64,000 nt of DNA from positions 7,120 to 71,119 of the forward strand of contig CAYGWX010000005.1 in NCBI GenBank assembly GCA_964353855.1, given 5' to 3'. Below are positions 1-8,115 of the stretch, one piece after another. A model generated the notes under the pieces. That model was given only the letters and a program-made list of their open reading frames with translations. It made no database searches and was not told the origin of the DNA. Both the position numbers and the translations under genes were made by a program. The DNA comes from an uncultured bacterium (GTDB lineage: Bacteria > Edwardsbacteria > CAYGWX01). How positions within the stretch are numbered: position 1 is the first letter of the stretch; each line of letters starts with the position of its first letter.

Positions 1-687
1 CTACGCATCCTTCCGCTCCAGCTTGAAGCTCCCTTCCTGAAGCTCCAGAATCTTGGCCAGGGCGCTCTCGCCCTCCTCCTTCGCCCACTTGGCCTTGGCG
101 ATGGCCCCGTTCTTGAACTGGACCACCCCGAAGGTGCCCCGCCGGGCCAGGTCAATGCGCCCGGTCCAGCCCCCGGCCAGGAACATGTCCACCAGCCCCT
201 GGATGGACGTGGTCTGCAGGGCCCCCTCCATCACCGGCTCGTGCTCCCCTAAGAGCATGCGGATGGACTCCGCTTCCAGGAGGCAGTCCGAGACGGCCTT
301 CATCAGATGCTTGCGGACCTCGGCCTTGACCAGGTAATGCCGGCAGCCCAGCAGGAGCCCCCGGGCTCGGCTCGCGAGGTCCCCCTTGGAGGTGAGGAAC
401 AGAAACGGGATGTTCCGGGCTTCGGGGTGCGCCTTGACCTTTTCGCAGAAGGCGAATCCGTCCATCCTCGGCATCAAGATATCCGAGACGATGAGGTCCG
501 GAAATCCCTTCTCCCCCCAAGCCGGATCGGTGTACATCCTGATCAGGCCCGCCTGCCCGTCCTCGGCGCCAACGACCGTGTACCCCGCCTCGCCGAGCTC
601 CTTGAGCACCAGGTTGCGGGTGAACTCATCGTCCTCAACCACCAGGATGGTTGGGCCCTGGGGGTCGGAGGATTCTTCTTTGGTCAC
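1..687 (-). CDS. Response regulator: N-terminal CheY-like receiver (REC) plus C-terminal DUF4388 (PATAN-like) domain
   Basis: REC motifs present: VVEDDE, phospho-Asp context SDILMP, LFLTSKG, then K. The C-terminal ~100 aa match the DUF4388 pattern also seen at 32926-33585. Probable GTG start at 685-687. Confidence 0.7.
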   Translation of the reverse strand: MTKEESSDPQGPTILVVEDDEFTRNLVLKELGEAGYTVVGAEDGQAGLIRMYTDPAWGEKGFPDLIVSDILMPRMDGFAFCEKVKAHPEARNIPFLFLTSKGDLASRARGLLLGCRHYLVKAEVRKHLMKAVSDCLLEAESIRMLLGEHEPVMEGALQTTSIQGLVDMFLAGGWTGRIDLARRGTFGVVQFKNGAIAKAKWAKEEGESALAKILELQEGSFKLERKDA

Positions 688-777
688 GGGGAGACCATCA
701 TGACAGGGATCAGGGATCCATGATTTTAGATTTTGAGTTTTGGATTATCGATCCCTTATTCCAAAATCCAAAATCCT

Positions 778-1449
778 TCAGGTGCGCTCCGCGCAGAAGT
801 TCCCCTCGGTCAGGCAGAGGATCGCGGTCAGGGCCTCCTGGCTTTCGATCCGCCCCCAGGCCACCCGGGATATCCGCCCTTCCGAGAATTCCACGCGCCC
901 TTCCACCCCTCTCCGGGAAACGCTCAGGATTCCGCTCCTCTCTCCCACCAGGAACTGGTCCACCAGGCTCTGGATGGAAACCTGGGTGAGGTCGCCCTCG
1001 ACCTTTCCGGAGTGCTCGGCCAGGAGGACCCGGGTCTGGCCCGCGTCCACCAGGCACTGGCTGACGACCCGGAGCAGGTCCATCTTCCGGAACGGCTTGA
1101 CGAGATAGCGCTGGCAGCCCAGGAGAAGACCCTCGGCCCGGTCGGCCACCCCGGAGCGGACGGTGAGGAAGAGGAAGGGGATGGGCCGGGTGCGGGGGTC
1201 CCCCTTGACCCGCTTGCAGAATTTGAAGCCGTCCATCTTGGGCATCATCACATCCGAGAGAATGAGCCCCGGCAGCCCTCCGCTCCCCCACAGAGACGGG
1301 TCACCCATCCTGGCCAATGCCTCTTCTCCGTCGGGCGCGCCTACCGTCTTGAACCCGAACTCCTCGAGGGCCCGCTGGATGACCTGGCGGACGGAAACCT
1401 CGTCCTCGACGACCAGGATCGTGGACTCTTTGGCTCGGAATGCGTTCAC
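778..1449 (-). CDS. Response regulator REC-DUF4388, tandem paralog of the 1-687 gene
   Basis: Same architecture (ILVVEDEVSVR, SDVMMPKMDG, FLFLTVRSG) with a C-terminal DUF4388-like region. Overlaps the SPFH stop by 4 nt. Confidence 0.7.
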   Translation of the reverse strand: MNAFRAKESTILVVEDEVSVRQVIQRALEEFGFKTVGAPDGEEALARMGDPSLWGSGGLPGLILSDVMMPKMDGFKFCKRVKGDPRTRPIPFLFLTVRSGVADRAEGLLLGCQRYLVKPFRKMDLLRVVSQCLVDAGQTRVLLAEHSGKVEGDLTQVSIQSLVDQFLVGERSGILSVSRRGVEGRVEFSEGRISRVAWGRIESQEALTAILCLTEGNFCAERT

Positions 1450-2351
1450 TGCCCTCCCAGGATCAAGGGCAGCCCGTTCTTGGGGTTGCCAATGACCACG
1501 ATCTTGGAATTCGGGGAAGCGGCCAGTTTCTCCGTGGCCTCGATCCCTTTCCAGTCCAGAAGTCCCTGGGTGACTCCGGCGGACACGATGGCCTGGAAGT
1601 CCGCGATTCCCTTGGCCTCGATACGCTTGCGGTCGGCCTCCGACCTCTCCTTATCCAGGACGAACTTCATCCGCTCGGCCTGCTGCTCCGCGGCCATCTT
1701 CTCGTTGATCGCCTCGGACACGGCCTCGGGCAGGGTAATGCTCCGCAGCAGGACGCGCTCCAGGATGAAGCCCCGGGCGAGCAAGGAATCGGAGAGCTCC
1801 TTGTGGATCTCCGAGGCCACCAGCTCGCGGCTCGAGGTGTAAAGCGCCTTGGCCTCGTACTTCACGGTGGCCCCCCGGCTGGCTGAGCGGGTCTGGGGGA
1901 TGAGGAAGACGTTGTCGTAATCTTTTCCGATGCCCTTATAAACTGAGACCGCCCGGTCCGGGGAGACGTGGTAGAGCACGGAGACGTCCAGGTGGACGTT
2001 CAAGCCCTCCGATGAAGGAACATTCATGATCTCCTGGACCTGGGTCGTCCGGGTGGGGGTCATCACCAGTTTGGAGAACGGGATGACGAAGTTCAGCCCT
2101 GGATACTTGGGGCCGGAGACCCAGCCGTAGAAGTCCATCACGCCCACGTGCCCGGCCGGGACCGAGCGCACGAAGGTCCCGAGAAGCCCGATCACCAGGG
2201 CGGCGAGGAAAGCCCGCAGGCCCCAGCGACGGAATTTGACCGGATCCACAAAGCCCCGGACCACTGCGGATTGAGCCGAGGCACTCCTTGCCGCGCTCAG
2301 GACAGCCCAGGCCACGACCCCGAGCACGAGCCAGAACCAGAACCACTGCAT
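1446..2351 (-). CDS. SPFH/Band-7 (prohibitin/HflKC-like) membrane protein
   Basis: N-terminal TM helix followed by an SPFH core (GHVGVMDFYG, long PHB-domain-like stretch, coiled-coil EQQAERMKF). RBS AAGAGGAG lies 7 nt upstream of the ATG. Confidence 0.8.
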   Translation of the reverse strand: MQWFWFWLVLGVVAWAVLSAARSASAQSAVVRGFVDPVKFRRWGLRAFLAALVIGLLGTFVRSVPAGHVGVMDFYGWVSGPKYPGLNFVIPFSKLVMTPTRTTQVQEIMNVPSSEGLNVHLDVSVLYHVSPDRAVSVYKGIGKDYDNVFLIPQTRSASRGATVKYEAKALYTSSRELVASEIHKELSDSLLARGFILERVLLRSITLPEAVSEAINEKMAAEQQAERMKFVLDKERSEADRKRIEAKGIADFQAIVSAGVTQGLLDWKGIEATEKLAASPNSKIVVIGNPKNGLPLILGGQ

Positions 2352-2391
2352 GGGTCAACTCCTCTTTTTAGGTTTATTCTCGAGAGAAACG

Positions 2392-3381
2392 TTAAGTGAG
2401 GTCGAACTCCCCGGCCAGGGGGAAAAGACCGAAGATGCCCCCGGTGTGCAGGAAGATGATCCGCTTTCCGAAACGCCGGTGGTCCTTCGCAAGTTCATGG
2501 GCCATGCCGTAGAAGGCCTTTCCCGTATAGACGGGGTCCAGGACCACGCCCTCCGTACGGGCCACTTCCCGAATCAACGCAAGCTCCTCGGGCCGGGTGA
2601 GGGCGTAGCCTCTTCCCACATAGCCGTCCTGGATCTCGATTTCTGAAGGAGTGAAGTCGAAGGATAACTTAAACCGGGCCCGCACTTTCTCCACGATGCC
2701 CGAGATGGTCTTCACGAAGTACTCCCGGTTGTCGCAGACGTTCACCCCCACGACCCGCCAGGGTAAGTCCAGAAGTTTGACCCCCAAAATGAGTCCCGCT
2801 CCGGTCCCCCCCGAACCGCAGGCGTAAATAAAAGTGGCTTCGCCTGACGGGACCTGATGTGCCAGTTCCTCAACCGCCTTGATGTAGCCCCAGGCCCCCA
2901 CCTCATCCGAGCCCCCCTCCGGAATCACATACGGTTTTCTTCCTGCTTTTAAAAACTCCTCTGCGGCCAGGCCCATGACCTCCATCCTGCGGCTGTATTC
3001 CTCGGGCGTGATCCAGCGGATCTGTGCACCCGCCAGCTTATCCAGGAAGATGTTCCCTTCAACGGAAGGAGGATTTTGCGGGTCCGGGACGCGCAAGAAC
3101 AGAAGGGAATCGAGGCCCCGTTGTCGTGCCGCGAATGCCACGGCCCGGCAGTGGTTGGATTGTCCCCCTCCGCAGGTGAGCACAACGTCGCACTCCCGGG
3201 CGGAAGCCTCGGCGATGAGGAACTCCAGCTTGCGAACTTTGTTCCCGGAGAGCTCCGCCCCGGTCATGTCGTCGCGCTTGACCCAGAGCTCCACGCCCAG
3301 CCGGTCGGACATCCGGTCCAGCCGCTGCAGGGGCGTGGGAAGGTGGGCCAGCTCGATGCGGGGCGGGTAAGGAAGCATCAT
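2392..3381 (-). CDS. PLP-dependent D-cysteine desulfhydrase / ACC deaminase family enzyme
   Basis: Family-typical KRDD, SGNKVRKLEFL (PLP lysine region) and GGxQSNH motifs. The ORF-track N-terminal 71 aa were trimmed to the internal MMLPYPP start, which overlaps the upstream stop in an ATGA arrangement. Confidence 0.75.
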   Translation of the reverse strand: MMLPYPPRIELAHLPTPLQRLDRMSDRLGVELWVKRDDMTGAELSGNKVRKLEFLIAEASARECDVVLTCGGGQSNHCRAVAFAARQRGLDSLLFLRVPDPQNPPSVEGNIFLDKLAGAQIRWITPEEYSRRMEVMGLAAEEFLKAGRKPYVIPEGGSDEVGAWGYIKAVEELAHQVPSGEATFIYACGSGGTGAGLILGVKLLDLPWRVVGVNVCDNREYFVKTISGIVEKVRARFKLSFDFTPSEIEIQDGYVGRGYALTRPEELALIREVARTEGVVLDPVYTGKAFYGMAHELAKDHRRFGKRIIFLHTGGIFGLFPLAGEFDLT

Positions 3382-4055
3382 CTCACGAAGCTCAAAAAGT
3401 TCCTGAGCACCCGGTCGGCACCCGTGGGGGCGGAGGGAATCTGCGCCAGGAGAACCTCGGGCTCGAGCCCGTGCTGCCGCAGTTTCTCCCACTCGTCGAG
3501 CACGCACTTCCGCCCTCTCTCGATCTCGATCTCGGGATGGAACTGCAAGCCCACCACGGGCTTGGTCTTGTGCACCATCGCCTGGATCGCACAATCCCGG
3601 GTGCGCGCAACGGCTTCGAATCCCTCCGGGAGCCGGCTGACCTGATCATAGTGCGCGGACATGACCCAGAAGGGATTCGGCAAGCCGTGGAACAGCGGGT
3701 GGGGTTTGGTGACCTCGACCGAGGTATAGGTCATCTCCGGGACCAGCGCCTTGGAAACGGCCCGGCGACCGTGAAGCGCACGAACGATGAGCTGGTGGCT
3801 GTAACAGACCCCTAACATGGGCTTGCCGCTTTCAAAGAACCTTCGGACATAATCAAGGAGGGGCTCAAGCCAGGGGTAGTCTTCGGTGACCGAATACTCC
3901 GAGCCCGTGAGCACCAGGATTCCAACCTCCAGGGGATCGGGGTAGCGATCCTTGAACCCGTTGATATAGATGCACTCGTGATCCGGCCCGAAGTCCCGTT
4001 TGAACCGGGGATAGCTTTCCTGGGTCTTGCTCAGGTCAATGATGTGAATGCGAAT
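3378..4055 (-). CDS. Class I glutamine amidotransferase-like protein
   Basis: Catalytic GVCYSHQ cysteine motif and the LQFHPE histidine motif. The open frame continues upstream of the track's GTG (3914) to LKIRIHIIDL with no ATG/GTG/TTG. GGAGG sits 7 nt before an ATT at 4053-4055; a CTG at 4059-4061 overlaps the upstream TGA stop. Confidence 0.6.
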   Translation of the reverse strand: MRIHIIDLSKTQESYPRFKRDFGPDHECIYINGFKDRYPDPLEVGILVLTGSEYSVTEDYPWLEPLLDYVRRFFESGKPMLGVCYSHQLIVRALHGRRAVSKALVPEMTYTSVEVTKPHPLFHGLPNPFWVMSAHYDQVSRLPEGFEAVARTRDCAIQAMVHKTKPVVGLQFHPEIEIERGRKCVLDEWEKLRQHGLEPEVLLAQIPSAPTGADRVLRNFLSFVR

Positions 4056-4057
4056 CT

Positions 4058-4270
4058 TCAGACCTCCTCGAGAAACGCCTGGGGCGCTGACGGGGCGCAG
4101 CCTTGAGGATGGCCGGACATCCAGTATTTTGGATTTTTGCTTTCAGACTTTAAATAGCCGGGGTCGGCCGAGATGACCTCTTGTAATTCGGATTGCACGG
4201 GCCCTAATCCAAGCCCTAACAATCCCAGGAAAGCCATTCCCGCAGCTTTCAGAAACGAACGTCTCTCCAC
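4058..4270 (-). CDS. Small (70 aa) protein with a twin-arginine (Tat) signal peptide
   Basis: MERRSFLKAAGMAFLGLLGLGLG is a canonical RRxFLK Tat motif plus h-region. The GTG start overlaps the pmbA stop by 1 nt. Tightly coupled within the tldD/pmbA operon. Confidence 0.5.
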   Translation of the reverse strand: MERRSFLKAAGMAFLGLLGLGLGPVQSELQEVISADPGYLKSESKNPKYWMSGHPQGCAPSAPQAFLEEV

Positions 4271-5607
4271 TAGTCCCCCTTCGTGAGCTTGAAGTTCCCG
4301 ACCTTGACCAGCGGAACCAGAAGATTGGCCCCGTACTGCTGGTACAGGGACAGGTCTTTCCCGACCATCTCGACGTGGCTGAGCATCTCCAGAATGCTTT
4401 GCTCGATGCGCATATCCCGCACGGCCCGGGTGATCTTGCCGTTCTCGATCAGGAAGGTGCCGTCCCGGGTCGTCCCGGTCACCTCGGTCTTCATCGGATT
4501 CAGGTAGTTCACGTACCAGAAATGCGTGATCAGGATACCCCTGTCCGTGGAGGCGATGATCTCCTCCCGCGTCTTTTCCCCCGGCATCATCACTAAATTC
4601 TTCGGGTATGGCCCGAAGGTGTTCCCGGGCTGGAGCGCGTGGCCGGTGGAGGTTACCTTGGCCTTGTTCGCATAATAGGTGTCAAAGACTACCTCCTTGG
4701 CTGCGCCCTTCTCGATCAAAACGACCTTTTGCTTAGGGACGCCTTCGTAATCAAAGGGCCGTCCGATCTGGAGAGGGTGATAGGCGTCGTCTACCAGGGT
4801 CACGTTCTCCCCGGCGATTTTCTGACCGATCTTCCCGGCCATGAAACTGCGGCCGGAGAGAAAGGTCTTGGCCCCGAATCCAAGGAATCCCAATAGGAGC
4901 AGCAGATGCCCCAACGCCCCCTCCTCCAGGATGACCGTGTAGAGGCCTTCCGGGAGTTCTACTTTATTTTTAGACCTCCGGGCCTTCTCTGCTGCAAGCT
5001 TGGCGCATGCTTCCACCCCCAGCTTGGCGGCATCCCGCCCCACCGCCTGGCCCCAACCCGAGGTGGTGTCATCCGCGCTCACGGTCAGGGAAAACGAGGC
5101 CGCGGTATCGCGAAAGCTCCGGTTCACGCCCAGGGAATTCACTACGGCCAGAAGCGTGATCGTCTGGTCGAATGCTCCGAAAGTCGTAAACCCGGAGGCT
5201 TTCGCCTCTTTTACCGCAATCCCAGCAGCCCTGGCCCGGTCATCCGGCGAGAACTTGGCAGTCCGTTCATTGTAACCGGGGAGCGAAGGCGGGTTCACGG
5301 AGGAAGGGTGGGCGAGGCTCACGAAATCCTTGTCCTCAGGGCTTTCCCTCGCAATGCTGCCGGCTTGCTCCACGACCCTCGTGAGCGAAGCGTCGTCCAG
5401 GGCATTGGTCTGGGCGATCCCGATGCGCTTGCCCAGGACCGTCCGGACGGTCAGGGTATGATCGTGCTGTTCAAGGTTCTGGTGGATGGCGTTTTCAGCA
5501 AACCGAGTCAGCGCCCGGGTGGTCTCCTCGAGGACCGCCTCGGTCTGGTCCGCCTTGGAGAGAGACAGGGCTTGATGGAGGATCTCGAGGGCTTTTTTCT
5601 CGTCCAC
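4270..5607 (-). CDS. pmbA: PmbA/TldE family metalloprotease partner subunit
   Basis: 445-aa TldD/PmbA-fold protein lacking HExxxH, immediately downstream of tldD with 0-nt spacing. Confidence 0.8.
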   Translation of the reverse strand: MDEKKALEILHQALSLSKADQTEAVLEETTRALTRFAENAIHQNLEQHDHTLTVRTVLGKRIGIAQTNALDDASLTRVVEQAGSIARESPEDKDFVSLAHPSSVNPPSLPGYNERTAKFSPDDRARAAGIAVKEAKASGFTTFGAFDQTITLLAVVNSLGVNRSFRDTAASFSLTVSADDTTSGWGQAVGRDAAKLGVEACAKLAAEKARRSKNKVELPEGLYTVILEEGALGHLLLLLGFLGFGAKTFLSGRSFMAGKIGQKIAGENVTLVDDAYHPLQIGRPFDYEGVPKQKVVLIEKGAAKEVVFDTYYANKAKVTSTGHALQPGNTFGPYPKNLVMMPGEKTREEIIASTDRGILITHFWYVNYLNPMKTEVTGTTRDGTFLIENGKITRAVRDMRIEQSILEMLSHVEMVGKDLSLYQQYGANLLVPLVKVGNFKLTKGD

Positions 5608-7053
5608 TTATGTCCCTCCCACCTTGACCTTCCGGAACCGGCACGGCGCCGCACCCTGGCCGGTCCGCATGTTCTGTCCCGGCTGGCCTTTGCCGCAGCT
5701 CGGAGTGCCCCAGACCTTCCATTCCCTCTCCCCGGCGATTCCATCTAGGGCGTTCCAAAACTCCACGGTGTTCCCGGAATAAAGCGGATTTTTGACCATC
5801 GCACCCAGCTTCCCTCCATGGATCTCGTATCCGATCTCGCAGCCCATCTTGAAACTCTCCCTCCGGTCATCGATGCTCCAGGAGGAGTTCCCAAGCATCA
5901 GGATGCCGTGGTCGGTCTCGGCGATGAGCTTCTCAAGAGAAGAAATGCCAGGGAGCAGGTTGATGTTAGTCATTCTGATCAAAGGCAGGTTCTGCCAACC
6001 CTGGGCCCGCATCGCGCCGGTGCTCTGGCGACCGATCTTCGTAGCCATCTCCCGATTCGTAAGATAGCCCGCTAAGAGGCCGTTTTTGATGAGTTCAACC
6101 CGTTGCGCCGGAACGCCCTCGTCGTCGTACCCGAAGGTTCCCAGCCCAAAGGGCGAGGTGGCATCCGCGGTGACAGTAATCAGGTCCGAGCCGTACTTGA
6201 GCTTGCCCAGCTTATCGGTCGTGGCGAAGCTCGTACCTGAGAAATTCTTCTCGGCTCCGAACACCCGGTCCAGCTCTAGAGGGTGTCCGATGGATTCGTG
6301 GATGATGAGCGAAACCGCTGGCCCGTCCAGGATGAGTATCGTAATATCCGGAAAACAATCCTTAGCTGAGAGCAGGGCCACGGCCTCCTCCCCGATCCGC
6401 TGGCATTCCTTTTCCATCGCCAATAGGCTGAGTAATTCATAGCCCCGGGTCTCGAACTGTCCTCCCCCTTGCGGGAAACTCCTTGTTCCTACTTCCCGCC
6501 GGGACTTCATCGCTGTGGCCTCGATGCCGGCTCCGGACTGATAGATCGTCTGTTCGATCTCGCTCCCTTCCGTCGAAGCGAACCAGGTCCGGGTACGGTG
6601 AAATTCTGCCGTGGCCGTAGCCTTGGTGACCCCCCTGACCTTCTGAATCAACTCATCGAGATGGGATAAAAAGGATGCCTTCTCCGACAGCGGAACCGCG
6701 AACGGATCTTTCTCAATCGCAGTGGTATGGGTTCCTGCGACCTTTCCCAGCGGAGCCAGGTGGACGGCTTCTTTCTTCAGCTTGGCGCTGGCTTTGGCGA
6801 TTTCGAGTGCCTTCTCAACCTCCCGCTTTACGCTGTCCTTGTCGGTTTCCGGCGTAGCGGCATACCCCCAAGCCCCTTCAACGAGCACGCGCACCCCAAC
6901 CCCCCGGCTTGCGGTGCGCGAGATGCCCTCCGGAGTCATTCCTGAAACGGTTAAGGACTCGTCCTCCATCTCCTCGAAACGGCAGTCGGCATAGGAAGCG
7001 CCCCGGCTTCGCGCCAGGTCGCAGGCTGAGAGGACGAGGTCCTTGGGCTCCAT
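5608..7053 (-). CDS. tldD: TldD family zinc metalloprotease
   Basis: HESIGHPLE (HExxxH) motif with glycine-rich TldD signatures. The track's 86-aa N-terminal extension was trimmed to MEPKDLVLS at 7051-7053, 2 nt after the upstream stop. Confidence 0.8.
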   Translation of the reverse strand: MEPKDLVLSACDLARSRGASYADCRFEEMEDESLTVSGMTPEGISRTASRGVGVRVLVEGAWGYAATPETDKDSVKREVEKALEIAKASAKLKKEAVHLAPLGKVAGTHTTAIEKDPFAVPLSEKASFLSHLDELIQKVRGVTKATATAEFHRTRTWFASTEGSEIEQTIYQSGAGIEATAMKSRREVGTRSFPQGGGQFETRGYELLSLLAMEKECQRIGEEAVALLSAKDCFPDITILILDGPAVSLIIHESIGHPLELDRVFGAEKNFSGTSFATTDKLGKLKYGSDLITVTADATSPFGLGTFGYDDEGVPAQRVELIKNGLLAGYLTNREMATKIGRQSTGAMRAQGWQNLPLIRMTNINLLPGISSLEKLIAETDHGILMLGNSSWSIDDRRESFKMGCEIGYEIHGGKLGAMVKNPLYSGNTVEFWNALDGIAGEREWKVWGTPSCGKGQPGQNMRTGQGAAPCRFRKVKVGGT

Positions 7054-7055
7054 GG

Positions 7056-7913
7056 CTAATCCGACAGGGTCACGCTGTGCGGGATGAGGTATATCCAGAG
7101 GGTCAAAAGCGTCCCCAGGATGGTCAGCCAGGCAAAGGCCTTGGGTCGGATGAGGTCCCGGGTGGAATCCTTCTGGAAGAGCGAGCGGTAGACCAGGATG
7201 AGCAAGACGAACCAGTAACCGAAGGCCAGGAGAGTCTTGTTGTCCGTGATGTCCCATCCAAACGGAAACCCGCTCCAGGGCGTGCCGAAGGTCTGTGCGG
7301 CCATGATCCACCCCAGGGGAAATCCCCCGATGAACAGGAACAATAAGGCCCAGAGGATCGGCTTCAAGGCCTGATGCACCGGCCGCCTGCCACCCAGGAT
7401 GTCGAAGGAGTAGAAGAAGGCCACGAGCAGGATGAACACCGCCGCGAACATGCAGAGCACGTGTCCGATGGTCACGAAAGGATGGACCACACCCTTAAAC
7501 TTGAGCAGGAAAGACTTGGATCCCGGCGCCTGGGCATCCGGCAGCGTGACCACCTGGCCCTGGGGCGTTTCGACCTGCAGGTAGTAATAAGCTCTTTGGC
7601 CTTTCTCCTGGTGCGGCACGAACCCGGAAAAGGTGTCCCTCAGCGCGACGCGCTCCATGGGTGCCCAGGAGAGGTTGCCCTGCTTCCCGATTTTATAATA
7701 TAGCTTGACGTTTCCCGGGTAAAGCGGGTTCGTGGTTGTGATGATGGCCTTGACCGGCGCGTCTCCGTCCCCGATCCATTCGCTGGTCGTGACATGCACG
7801 ATCCTGGCCCCCAGTTTTTCAACCACCATCGCCTGGCGGCGGTGCGTGGAGCCCTTGGACAGGGCAAAGAGCAGAAACACCACCACGAAGGCGATCCCGA
7901 GCTTCCATTTCAT
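7056..7913 (-). CDS. Integral membrane protein of unknown function, first gene of the tldD-pmbA operon
   Basis: N-terminal signal/TM, then a soluble domain of ~130 aa, then 4 predicted TM helices rich in W/F/G. 2-nt gap to tldD. Confidence 0.5.
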   Translation of the reverse strand: MKWKLGIAFVVVFLLFALSKGSTHRRQAMVVEKLGARIVHVTTSEWIGDGDAPVKAIITTTNPLYPGNVKLYYKIGKQGNLSWAPMERVALRDTFSGFVPHQEKGQRAYYYLQVETPQGQVVTLPDAQAPGSKSFLLKFKGVVHPFVTIGHVLCMFAAVFILLVAFFYSFDILGGRRPVHQALKPILWALLFLFIGGFPLGWIMAAQTFGTPWSGFPFGWDITDNKTLLAFGYWFVLLILVYRSLFQKDSTRDLIRPKAFAWLTILGTLLTLWIYLIPHSVTLSD

Positions 7914-8069
7914 GGGCCGACTTCTCCTAAGTTCTCACGATTCTCAAACTTATCAGTTTAACACCTTTCCCCTTGAAAAGTCAAGGGAAGTTAAGCCCGG
8001 AGTTACCTCCTGGCCTGCTTCGTCGAAGCGAGATGGAAATGGGCCGGCTGCATTTTCCACACCTTGACC

Positions 8070-8098
8070 TTGACAAAATCCTTTATCCATAGTATCCT
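8070..8098 (+). promoter_or_regulatory. Candidate sigma70 promoter for the GGDEF giant (TTGACA-17-TATCCT)
   Basis: TTGACA at 8070-8075, a 17-nt spacer, and TATCCT at 8093-8098. The ATG at 8116 follows about 10 nt after the predicted transcription start, with no SD. Confidence 0.35.
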
Positions 8099-8115
8099 TA
8101 TAAGATTAGAAAACC

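Noticed and set aside
2392-3594. N-terminal extensions in ORF-track entries 2392-3594 (400 aa), 5608-7311 (567 aa) and 41937-42524 (195 aa), and the longer starts of 16953-19133, 23893-25455 and 47381-49735.
   Set aside because: The extensions overlap upstream genes and are low-complexity. Internal starts restore canonical N-termini ([21 protein letters not shown], signal peptides) and give tight stop-start coupling.
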